From a virus (taxonomy: Duplodnaviria > Caudoviricetes): DNA of 64,000 nt. The stretch is from positions 1-64,000 of the IMG/VR virus record IMGVR_UViG_3300011448_000001, one strand, 5' to 3'. Below the pieces are notes generated by a model. It was given only the letters and a program-made list of their open reading frames with translations, was not told the origin of the DNA and ran no database searches. Position 1 is the stretch's first letter, and each line of letters begins with the position of its first letter. The translations under genes and the position numbers were made by a program. Below are positions 47,535 to 57,121 of this stretch, piece after piece.

Positions 47535-48035
47535 ATGGGAAAGAACAAAAACGCCGCACAGGCACCAGTAGAGAACAAGACAGCAGTAGAGAACAAGCCA
47601 GCAACAGGTACACAGGCACCTGAGACAGACATCGAGGCACAGATCAAGGAGAAGAACTCCCTTAACGCAGAGTATTTCAACGAGGCAGCAGAGGCAATTG
47701 CCAAAGAGCGCAAGGATACTGCAGTTGCAGAGGCTAAACAGCTTCTTGCTCGTGCAGAGTTTACTAACGCAGCAGCATTACTTGGACTCCGCTTACAGAG
47801 AGCTCGTGAAAAAGCTGTTAAAGCGTTCCTCAACAGTTCAAAAGAACTTCTTGAGGAAGCAAAGGCTGGTAAACTTACCAAGATCGAGACAGACAAGAAG
47901 TTTGACGAACTAATTGGTGAGAAGGACAAAGCGCTTACAGAAGCACGTGGTAATTACAACGATGCTATGCGTGAGCTTAAGCGTAACTTCAACCGCTGGG
48001 AGTGTTGGAGCTGGGAAATCAACTGGGGGTTCTAA
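47535..48035 (+). CDS. Coiled-coil hypothetical protein (166 aa)
   Basis: Ala/Glu/Lys-rich with high-expression codon usage; directly upstream of the structured-RNA tract. Confidence 0.75.
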   Translation: MGKNKNAAQAPVENKTAVENKPATGTQAPETDIEAQIKEKNSLNAEYFNEAAEAIAKERKDTAVAEAKQLLARAEFTNAAALLGLRLQRAREKAVKAFLNSSKELLEEAKAGKLTKIETDKKFDELIGEKDKALTEARGNYNDAMRELKRNFNRWECWSWEINWGF

Positions 48036-48079
48036 GATTTTCGTCAGTACATCATGTACAAAATCAGAAGGGAGAATCC

Positions 48080-48480
48080 TAGATAAGAACCTTTGAGTCA
48101 ATGTCTAAAATGTACGAGGGAAGGGAATATGTGCATACATAGCTGATGCATAGTTGAGAAATTGAACTACATTTTCTATGAATTAACATAGAGTTATACG
48201 AGCCACCGAGCCATTATAACGGACACCTCCATACCGAAAACACGGTATAGAAAAATATGTATTCGGGTCAACCTATGGTAAATCGAGTCATTGAACCTTA
48301 TTATATCTCTAAAAGAGCTCTATAATTATTTACTAATATCAAGAATACTAATAATGCCGACAAGAGCCTTTGAGTCACGTCACTAGCATTTGTACAAATT
48401 TACGTTCTAAGCACTTTTTATTATGCAGCAGTATAAACTGTAAACATGTATAGTAAAAGTGTCTTAGAACGCTTATAAAG
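48080..48480 (+). ncRNA. Structured RNA with four GARYCW-NN-GARYCW loop hairpins
   Basis: Motifs at 48087, 48200, 48285 and 48364, each in a 16-17 nt loop closed by a different stem; further hairpins lie between and after them. Confidence 0.6.
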
Positions 48481-48499
48481 TACTTTATATCGAATGTTT

Positions 48500-48830
48500 A
48501 CATTTGACCCTGTAAGCATTCACAAAAAAAGGATCGCTTGAGTGTGATGTAAATATGCAAGACGAGGGTTCGACTCCCTCTAGCTCCACAAAACCAATCA
48601 AAAAGGCAAGAATCAAAACTCTAAAAATAGGCACCTACTAGGAGACAGCCCACTTGGTGTAGAGAAGCACATTTTGATTGGTTCTATATAAGGGGCTATA
48701 TGGCATTTGATTGCATAGGAGATAAACACGAGATCAACATAAAAACAAACGACAATAGTAATATTGTTGACTATACTTGCGTAGCGTAAGTAAATGTCTG
48801 AGGTAGCTGTACCAATAACCGAAAACAGCA
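48500..48830 (+). ncRNA. ssrA: Circularly permuted (two-piece) tmRNA
   Basis: 3' piece TATGCAA GAC GAGGG TTCGACT CCCTC TAGCTCC A (48554-88) precedes 5' piece GGGGCTA TATGGCATTTGA TTGCATA (48692-717). G3:U70 pair present. Tag frame 48745-89 reads TNDNSNIVDYTCVA*. Outer boundaries approximate. Confidence 0.85.
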
Positions 48831-48831
48831 A

Positions 48832-48882
48832 GGAGAGATTGGATAAGGTAACACTTAAAGAGTTCGAATCTCTTTCTCTCCT
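48832..48882 (+). ncRNA. Minimal tRNA-like element C directly after the tmRNA coding piece
   Basis: GGAGAGA-19 nt-AAGAG-TTCGAAT-CTCTT-TCTCTCC-T. Confidence 0.6.
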
Positions 48883-48919
48883 CCGTTAACTTAATACAAA
48901 TTATCAAAATTTAAACAAC

Positions 48920-50064
48920 ATGAAAAGATTAGAACAAAAAGATCTGATGCACATAAAAGGTGGATACAGAGAACAGATACGAATAATTGTATCTGAGTGT
49001 GAGCCACTTAACCGTGCTTTACTGTTGACAAGAATGAAAAACAACTTCATCAGTATGCTTTATGACGTATCAATAAAACCATACGTCATGCAAAAAGACA
49101 AATTAAACACAATTTGCTGCTTTATAAACCAGTTTAATTGTGATTGTGTCGAAAATGAAGATGCATATTCTTTCTATCGCTATTTGATAGCACCTGTATA
49201 TGACACTATGTCTACTATGAATAAAGAAATCTTAAACGAAATTGGTAATATTATACTAAAAAATGGATAAGATTTCAGAGTTTCCAATCGAAACAGGAAC
49301 ATATGTTGCTGTTAGTAAAGGCATAATTGCATTATGCAAGATTATCGGATTATATCCGATGTTAGAGATAAAAGAGGTATTAAATATAACAAAATTCTTT
49401 GACTTGTTAGAACCAAAAACTAACATTTCAGACAAAGAATTAAAAAATTCATTATCTTTAGACAGAGAAAATTGGATGTTCTTTAACCTCAAGTGTTTAA
49501 CAAGTACAGACGGATTGAAAGCAAGTGCCTTCTATCGTGAATGTGAAATAAACTATGACGAAAGTCTAGATTTGTTTAAAATGTACTGTCGTCTTATAAG
49601 AGATGGTATAAGTGGACTCAAAATGATAGATATTATTAGAGTACGAACAAACTGCACACGAGACGAAGCATTAAAACTAGTAAATCACTTTGACGAAAAA
49701 GTATATGCATACAGAAGAAGTGGGCCGGTGTTGTAACCAAACACTTACACCAATATGTATTATATTTGGAGTAAAGATTTATAAATGTAGTAATCCAGAA
49801 AAACTTTATGAATGGTTAAATTGGACCAATAGTAAAATATTTTGGAGATTACAAGAATTTATCGATGCTCCAGATGTAACTCGTATACAAACAATATACA
49901 CGATGACTACAGATGTTTTAATAAGAATATCTTGTAGTATGTTAACAACAAAAGTTAATCTAACAAGAGAAACTATGGCAGAATTATTAAATGCGGTATC
50001 GTGGACATATTATCACCGTGTAAGAGAAATATACGAAAAAACACAAGCAGAATTACCGTTTTAA
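48920..50064 (+). CDS. Three overlapping hypothetical ORFs (48920..49270, 49263..49736, 49690..50064)
   Basis: Overlapping ORFs of 116, 157 and 124 aa upstream of the sigma factor. Confidence 0.6.
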
Positions 50065-50115
50065 GAGCTAGCATCTCATACGTCAGTGACAGACTAATAA
50101 CTGCTATAAAATGAT

Positions 50116-50673
50116 ATGGAAAATCGAAAAAATATAACGCAAGAAGAGATTGACCTTATCAAAAGAGCACAAAGCGGAAGCATTTCTGCATTTAACCAGA
50201 TATTTTATAAATACAAATATTTTGTAGAATCTATTCTCTTATCATATATAAAAGATAAAGATGAAGCGCGAGATATCACAAATATTGTATTTTGTAAAAT
50301 ATACGATAAACTACCAAAATTCAAAGAATACAACTCGTTTGGTGGTTGGTTAAGAATCTTAACAAAAAATACTGCTATAGATTATCTACGTACAGTAAAA
50401 GTAAATTTCACAAGTATAGATGACGAAGAGTCTGATATTCAATTAGAAACAGGTGAATCTGAAGAAGATTTGGCCAATCTTCTAACGTTTGATTACGTAA
50501 GAGACATTATATCTAAAATGGATTCAACAAAACGTCAAATCTTTACAATGTATTATGTAGATCATCACACAATTAGTAGTATATCTAAGCGTTTATTGGT
50601 ACCTGAAGGAACTATTAAGTCTCTTCTATATAGGTTCCGTAAACAAGTTTTTAAACATTTAAAGTTAAACTGA
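50116..50673 (+). CDS. ECF-type RNA polymerase sigma factor
   Basis: LIKRAQSG..SAFNQIF, EARDITNIVFCKIY, SFGGWLRILTKNTAIDYLR (region 2); ISKRLLVPEGTIKSLLYRFR (region 4). Confidence 0.9.
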   Translation: MENRKNITQEEIDLIKRAQSGSISAFNQIFYKYKYFVESILLSYIKDKDEARDITNIVFCKIYDKLPKFKEYNSFGGWLRILTKNTAIDYLRTVKVNFTSIDDEESDIQLETGESEEDLANLLTFDYVRDIISKMDSTKRQIFTMYYVDHHTISSISKRLLVPEGTIKSLLYRFRKQVFKHLKLN

Positions 50674-50674
50674 T

Positions 50675-51040
50675 ATGCAAACATTCTCATTACTGTGTCT
50701 AGGAATCGTGACAATAGTTTTGATTGCTCGCATGAGTAAATCTAATAAACTATTCTGGACACTCGTATTAAGTATGTTAGCAGGTTTTATGGGAGGTACA
50801 ATTGCATCTAATGCAAAAGTACAAAACAAAAAGGTTGTGAAAGTGATACAATCACCACAAATGACTACTACACAAACAACACTTTTTACCATTACTGAAA
50901 ACGAACCAACAACCGTAAAAAGTAATGATAAAAAAGTAACCGTTACGTGTGAAAAAAAAGTATCATTAGTAACAACCGATTCTCATAAAATAGAAGCTAA
51001 CAAGTTTAGAGATCAAGTAATACCGTTTGACACATCATGA
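50675..51040 (+). CDS. Two-TM membrane protein (121 aa)
   Basis: Two N-terminal hydrophobic helices and a Thr-rich tail. Confidence 0.6.
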   Translation: MQTFSLLCLGIVTIVLIARMSKSNKLFWTLVLSMLAGFMGGTIASNAKVQNKKVVKVIQSPQMTTTQTTLFTITENEPTTVKSNDKKVTVTCEKKVSLVTTDSHKIEANKFRDQVIPFDTS

Positions 51041-51133
51041 ACAAACAATACATCTATTGTTCAACGATATCAAATCGCAAATCTTGAGAAAAATTATCAA
51101 AATTTAATTTAACCATTTAAAATCAATTTAATT

Positions 51134-52606
51134 ATGGGAAAGAATAAGAAGACAACAACTGCAAAGAATAATGCAACACAAACTCAGCAGAAACCTGTTG
51201 AGAATAAAGTAGATAACAAGCAGGAGACACCAGAGGTACCTATAGCAGAAGCTCAGGTGATTGATCACAACCCAATGGTATCTGGTATGATTAACGAAGC
51301 AATGGTAGCTCCTCCATCTGGAAAGTCGTTGTCACCAGATGCAGCAGCAATGCTTGCGTATACTATGCAACGCAAATTCTTTGACGATCCTAAGTCAAGA
51401 GACCGTTATCCGCAAACGTTCTTGGACAACATGTCAGCGGTACAAGACGGTCTGATAGTAGGAACTATTATTCAGGAGGTTGTAACAACAAACAGCCCAC
51501 TGTCTCTAATCATTCGTAAGGGATCTTACAACCAGCTTCGTGCAATTGCATCAGATTATGGTGTGAAACTGCCAGAAGTTAACAAGCTTGCACTTCCTAC
51601 TAAGGAAGAGCTTAAGGCTATGGAAGCTTTTGGTATTACACAGACAGATGACGGTCAACTTAAAATTCCATTTACACCAGAAGATGTAGATGATAACACA
51701 AAGAAGCAGATCGCTCACGAAGAGAAAATCCGCAAAACAGAGGTTGAAATGGATCCTAAGAAGATCACAACCGACGAACAAGCAGCAGCAGCTCTTGAGA
51801 AGATTTATGCAAATCGAAACATCAAAGGCGGTATTCATGTAGTATTACTTAATGCAATTCATTTCGTAAAAGAATATCGTTTTGCTGAGGCTGAACGTAA
51901 GAACGATCAGAACATGTGTTGCGCTCTTGAGTCACGCACAATCAACGATTGGCTTGTAGATACTATTAGTATCAAAGAACCACTGTTGATCCTTAAGAAC
52001 GTAACTGCAGCTATGTGTAGAGCCGTTGAAAAGACAGAAGCACCTATAAGTGCATTCTTGTCATTCCGTAGTGCTATCACAAAGGATGGCGTATGCCCAT
52101 TGTCTGATACAGAAATTGCAGCAATGGTTAAGGCACTTATCTCTTGGTATGTTGAGTTTATGTGTGCAGAGTACAATTCTCAGCTTACTTCTTCTAAGAA
52201 GATGACTCAGAAGACAAAAGAGACCGTTCAGGAAGCTCTTGAGACTCTTAAGGAGGTTAAGAAGAACCTGACAGAATTCGATACAGAAACTATCGAAAAG
52301 ATGCCAGATCCAACCACAGCAGAATCTGATGCAAACACAAAGATGTTGTATTACTTCACAAGATCTCAGTATTTTGCAAAGGATTGCTCCGGCAAGAAGA
52401 GTCCTGAGACATACTTCACAAACCTTAAGTACAATGTGTGGAATAAGATTGCAGAAATTGCGAACATGTTCCTTACAGAATCCAACCAGATTGAGGATAT
52501 GGGAGATCAGAATATCCTTGACCTGGAAATAGCCAATCAGGAAAATAACGACGAACCTGGTAACGAAGGTACGAAAGAAGATACAGGAGAGACAAAAAAA
52601 AACTAA
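51134..52606 (+). CDS. Large early hypothetical protein (490 aa)
   Basis: Long ORF without TAG; ends in an A9 run (A AAA AAC TAA). Confidence 0.8.
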   Translation: MGKNKKTTTAKNNATQTQQKPVENKVDNKQETPEVPIAEAQVIDHNPMVSGMINEAMVAPPSGKSLSPDAAAMLAYTMQRKFFDDPKSRDRYPQTFLDNMSAVQDGLIVGTIIQEVVTTNSPLSLIIRKGSYNQLRAIASDYGVKLPEVNKLALPTKEELKAMEAFGITQTDDGQLKIPFTPEDVDDNTKKQIAHEEKIRKTEVEMDPKKITTDEQAAAALEKIYANRNIKGGIHVVLLNAIHFVKEYRFAEAERKNDQNMCCALESRTINDWLVDTISIKEPLLILKNVTAAMCRAVEKTEAPISAFLSFRSAITKDGVCPLSDTEIAAMVKALISWYVEFMCAEYNSQLTSSKKMTQKTKETVQEALETLKEVKKNLTEFDTETIEKMPDPTTAESDANTKMLYYFTRSQYFAKDCSGKKSPETYFTNLKYNVWNKIAEIANMFLTESNQIEDMGDQNILDLEIANQENNDEPGNEGTKEDTGETKKN

Positions 52607-52773
52607 TGACGGGTACTTCTCGTGCCTTAGAGAAGATAACTGCCCATTTAAAGGCAACCCACACGTCTTTTACGAAACCAAAATCTGTAATAGTACAATT
52701 CGTCAGAAATGTATCTTCTATGACCCAAAAAGTCCTAGGAGTACAGAAAATAGAGTACGTAGGAGATAATTAA
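52606..52773 (+). CDS. 55-aa ORF in the -1 frame (coupled gene or frameshift extension)
   Basis: TAATG overlap; MTGTSRALEKITAHLK...YVGDN*. Confidence 0.4.
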   Translation: MTGTSRALEKITAHLKATHTSFTKPKSVIVQFVRNVSSMTQKVLGVQKIEYVGDN

Positions 52774-52786
52774 AATCATTATCAAA

Positions 52787-53176
52787 ATGAAAACACTAAA
52801 AACAATAATGTGTGCTGCGTTATTAACATTCGGATGGATTGTTGGTACACATGACGACACATCATTAAAAGCAGAAGATCCACCAGACTTTAATTTTACG
52901 ATACCTGTAGATTTTCAGGCATCGTTTCTGAAAAAGACTGTGGAAAGTCTTACTAAAGAACTTGAAAGTAATGCACGGGTCGATACCGTGATAGTAAACA
53001 AAACAAAACACGTGAAGGTTAAGGTACCTTATCGTGTAGTAGAACGTGACACTTCGTATGTGCCCGTTGTACTCATTATAACACCTGGGAATCGTAAAGA
53101 GCATATCCCTGATAGCATACCAACGCTACCAAAACACGATAGTTGCTCTCATGACAGTATAGATACGTCTATATGA
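52787..53176 (+). CDS. Exported/membrane-anchored hypothetical protein (129 aa)
   Basis: Signal-like N-terminus; preceded by CATTATCAAA. Confidence 0.65.
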   Translation: MKTLKTIMCAALLTFGWIVGTHDDTSLKAEDPPDFNFTIPVDFQASFLKKTVESLTKELESNARVDTVIVNKTKHVKVKVPYRVVERDTSYVPVVLIITPGNRKEHIPDSIPTLPKHDSCSHDSIDTSI

Positions 53177-55203
53177 GGCTAAGGAGGTTAGGATGGAGAT
53201 GTATTTAAAAGCTTTGCGCTTTATACATTCTCCTGCCTAGCTGCCATGTCATTTGAGTGCGTTAAGAGAGTCTCATTAGCTCAGGCACGAAAAAATATCA
53301 AAACTTGATCCAAGAATATGTTAGCTTACCATGTAAGTGAGATACACAAAAGGTAGGATGGAAGACATTGAAATGTGAAAAATTTTAATGTATTAGGGAT
53401 AGCGTTTGTATTTCAACCCTAACATTTAGTATATGAGAACCGTCTGGCGATATACTATCTAAGAAAAACGCGTAAGTCTTCAGAAGAAGCAAAATGAAAC
53501 CGTATCGGAAATCTATATAATGAGGTATAAGTATAGAAGAACGAAACACGAGTTGCAAATCATCATATTCCATACATGATGATATACCTTAAATCGCTTA
53601 TGTAGTGTTCCACAGCTCCAAACTGTGTAAGAAGGCAGAAAATACCTAAAAGTAATAGATAAAGAACAGAGACTGTAAGAATCTACTTACAGCTATATCG
53701 TAAATATAGTACTTAAACTTAATCCTTGCCGTTAGATTCGGCACAACTCAGTTGAATGGGTGGCAGTGATCAGGTATAGTGTATGTTGAAAATGTTGCTC
53801 ACTATTATGAAATAAGTGACCGCCAGCCCTTGGTCGTTCATGCGGGATATAAAAGTAGAATGACAAGATCGAGAAGGTACTCGATGTAGGACGAACCCTA
53901 CAGTTTCAAAGAGTGTACTAAAACACTGATTGGAAGATAAGTAAGAGAAGATTAGCGAATCTCAAACTTTGAATTAAGAAATGGTGACTCCATGACAGTC
54001 AAAAATAAAAATATAACTAATGCATTCGAGGTATATCATTCCAGATATTACGGACCTGCTTAGTTCTCTATTATGTTGCAACTTATATGAAATACGCCTC
54101 CGAATTAGAAAGGTTGTAGTGAAATACACGATTCGTGAACTATTCGATGCCACGATGGTCGTCCTGCTATTAGAGATATAAGTATGAATATAATGACATC
54201 ATAGGAGATGGTTTTAGTAATTTTCCATTCAAAAAAATCTTAGGAGTAGTAAGCCTAAAAACCAAGTTATTAACAAAATTATATATTCGGTTCGATTTCT
54301 GTATATTCTAACGCATATTGTAGATGTGAAATATATGGTAAACCAAAAGGATATATGAGTGCCAACCGTTATGAGCAAAAGGTTGTATCAAGTAAACTAA
54401 ATGACAGCAAATCTTTAGGTAAATTGAACAATGCAGCTATACTATTACACATACTCGTCCATACTGTCTCTATGGAGGAGGGTGCGGAATCTCAGTGTAA
54501 AAGCGTATGAGTAAAGCTATGTGATGTACTCGGTTAGAATCCGACTTATTCGTGCACTATAAACAAAAAAAGACCTCGAAAAGGCTACAATGGGTGTCTT
54601 GAAAAATTAGACAATTGTAAAAACTCAGTAAAGAGTAAATCCGACAAATCAATGAAACCTCTGAAGTGGAGATATTGTCGTTAATTAACGTACTCCTCAC
54701 GTTTGTACAAAAAGTAGGAAAAGTAGTTTTGATTGATTGTTCTTTTACTACAAAAATACCTTACGTCGAAATAATAAGAACAGGGGTAGCTTTGCCTAAT
54801 TCGGTATCGCAAGACCGGATAACAAAAGCAACATACTATAATCTACTCAGCACTGGAACTCTCCGCGATGCTTGGACACATCAGAGCCTTTGACGGTAGA
54901 TTAGGTATACAAAATTTACACAAAAATTTATAGTAAGCTAAAGTAGTTGGTCACTTGAATGTGAAATACACAGAAACACGTTTGTAATTTTTATACTCTG
55001 ACGCGCAGCCATAAGTCGTGGACGACGAGTACAAAAAACGAGCTCTCATAAGCACGCTTGAACGTAATTGTATTAGATAACAACGAAAGAATAGCAACGA
55101 CAACAAACAAACCCAATATGGCGTCGGGGAACGGCCTTACTGTTCCCCGCATTTTAATAACTTTCGTGGTGAATCAATCGCGAAATCAAAAAGGAAAATT
55201 ATT
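53177..55203 (+). ncRNA. 2-kb hairpin-dense non-coding tract (candidate large ncRNA)
   Basis: No credible ORF; more than 20 short inverted repeats seen by eye. Strand is inferred from the flanking genes. Confidence 0.5.
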
Positions 55204-55815
55204 ATGACAGAAGTAAATGTAAAAATCCAGGAAAAGAGCCGCAAAGTAATTGCAGCATACGGTCAGGTATTCGGCCATCAGTTATTCACTGTACGTCAGT
55301 GTAATGTAGATAACAAGTATTATGACAAGAAGAACAATGCTGCAGATACAGGTATGCTCGTTCCACATCGCCCGATTCGTCGATACAAAACTCAGCGAAT
55401 CGATGTAACATCTTTACGGCTTCGTAAGGATATTGATGGTACTCTTACCATTGTAATTAACGAGTCACTTAAAGACGATAATGGCAACAGCCTTGAGATT
55501 ATCCGTCCTATCGAGATGCCTAAGTTCAACGTAGAACCTACTACAGAGAACATTCAGAAGGCTATTGAGGCTAATACAAGCGGTTCTGGTGAGCCATTGT
55601 ATTTCAGTGACATTAACAAGCTTACTGAAGCTGTTAACCGCGCAAACACAAACGAGATGTTACGGGCTAAGAATCTCCTGGAGGACATCGAAGGACAGAT
55701 TCGCTGCATAGAACAGACAATTGAGAAGGATACTCGATATGCTATTGAGTATCGTAAGGCTCTCGGCGAGACTGACGATGTTACAATTAACACAACCGTT
55801 AAAGTTGAGGTATAA
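55204..55815 (+). CDS. Hypothetical protein (203 aa)
   Basis: Long ORF with high-expression codon usage. Confidence 0.75.
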   Translation: MTEVNVKIQEKSRKVIAAYGQVFGHQLFTVRQCNVDNKYYDKKNNAADTGMLVPHRPIRRYKTQRIDVTSLRLRKDIDGTLTIVINESLKDDNGNSLEIIRPIEMPKFNVEPTTENIQKAIEANTSGSGEPLYFSDINKLTEAVNRANTNEMLRAKNLLEDIEGQIRCIEQTIEKDTRYAIEYRKALGETDDVTINTTVKVEV

Positions 55816-55817
55816 TT

Positions 55818-56393
55818 ATGGCAAATCGTCTGACACAAGCAGACGCATTGATTGTAAGATATTTGCTTGAAGACCCACTAATAAGGAGTGTTCTTGTAGA
55901 TAACTCTAAAAAAGAAGTATTCAAACGCATCGATATAAATACAGACGGTTCAATCACGCTAGGGAAGACCTCCATTAAGTGGTGGAATCGACTGCTTAAC
56001 GATGAAAAGAATATTTCTTTCAATGAGTTTGCTTTAAAAGTCACCGATAAAATATCGGGACAGAAAAACAACACAAATGAGAAATTACTTAATGGGTTAC
56101 TTGAGGTTATTGCCAAAAAAGGTATAAAAAATCAGGATTATTCATATGTAATCGATCAGTTGTTAATAGCAGCAAAGTTCGGAATGGACGGTCCGCTTAA
56201 ATGTAAATGTATGGATCTTAATAATAATGACAGAGACCCTGTAGAAAATAATAAAGGTCCACGCATTCGCAAAGCAAACTTACAAGGTCGTTCTGAACGA
56301 ATTCCCTTGAAATTTAGTCTCAATCCTTTTGGTGAGACAATAGATATAAATGCTCGATTAGTTATTGATGAAGATGGCTATGTAGAGCAATAG
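55818..56393 (+). CDS. Hypothetical protein (191 aa; TAG stop, read-through adds QYAA to TAA 56405)
   Basis: Complete ORF. Confidence 0.7.
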   Translation: MANRLTQADALIVRYLLEDPLIRSVLVDNSKKEVFKRIDINTDGSITLGKTSIKWWNRLLNDEKNISFNEFALKVTDKISGQKNNTNEKLLNGLLEVIAKKGIKNQDYSYVIDQLLIAAKFGMDGPLKCKCMDLNNNDRDPVENNKGPRIRKANLQGRSERIPLKFSLNPFGETIDINARLVIDEDGYVEQ

Positions 56394-56459
56394 TACGCAG
56401 CATAAGAAGATGTATAATAATGAGAAACCCTCATAACAAAAATACATCTTCTTATACAC

Positions 56460-56515
56460 ACCTCCTAATGGCAAACAATGACCTTGTTTGGTAGGTTCGA
56501 TTCCTACAGGAGGAA
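56460..56515 (+). ncRNA. Minimal D-armless tRNA-like element D
   Basis: ACCTCCT-AATGG-CAAACAA TGACC TTGTTTG-GTAGG-TTCGATT-CCTAC-AGGAGGA-A; preceded by a 14-bp hairpin (56402-56454). Confidence 0.6.
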
Positions 56516-56569
56516 CTAGGTAAACGAGTCTCAAATTCGTATGTTTAATCAATAAAAATTGTATAATAT

Positions 56570-57121
56570 ATGAATAAGAATAAGACTACATTTAAATCAA
56601 ACGACATTATTAATACTCGTGATAACATTAGTAAGAAGATTTCTTCTTATTGGAAGACAATTGAGGCTACAAACCTTATGTCTAATAAAGCAGTATCTTC
56701 AGGTATGCGTAAGTATGATCTGAAGGAGTTATATAACCAGATTACGCAGCTTGCTATTCATCGAGTAAAGTCAAAGCTCTTGCTTAATGCTATTAATAGC
56801 GGAATTAAGTCATTTACATTTAACGGTATTGAGAAGACTCATTACTATAAAATTTATATGCTTAATGAACTTCAGGAGCAGAAAGTACACATGATGATCA
56901 TTCAGTCTAAGCATACTATCAACCCTTCTGCAAAGGCAAAGGCCGGAAAGAAGGGAACTGGAAAGAACGAGATATTTAGTCATGCAAAGGCTGGTTCTAT
57001 AATCAACAATCTATCTATTAAAATAGAGGCGTTAAAAGCAGATATTAAGAAGTTTAACGATGATGCTACAATTGACATTGACACAACAAATGACAATTTT
57101 AAGCTTGAAATTTCAGCATAA
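56570..57121 (+). CDS. Hypothetical protein (183 aa)
   Basis: Complete ORF. Confidence 0.7.
   Translation: MNKNKTTFKSNDIINTRDNISKKISSYWKTIEATNLMSNKAVSSGMRKYDLKELYNQITQLAIHRVKSKLLLNAINSGIKSFTFNGIEKTHYYKIYMLNELQEQKVHMMIIQSKHTINPSAKAKAGKKGTGKNEIFSHAKAGSIINNLSIKIEALKADIKKFNDDATIDIDTTNDNFKLEISA

Noticed and set aside
43067-52790. Recurrent TTATCAAAA upstream of early start codons as a novel element
   Set aside because: Consistent with A-rich, Shine-Dalgarno-independent Bacteroidota translation initiation regions.
53660-53700. Group I intron P7-like CAGAGACT in the 2-kb tract
   Set aside because: No matching S element (GATATAGTCC-like), no interrupted gene; no group II domain V found.
54666-54893. 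75-aa plus-strand ORF in the non-coding tract
   Set aside because: GTG start without the usual A-rich leader, no recognisable features, and overlaps several hairpins.
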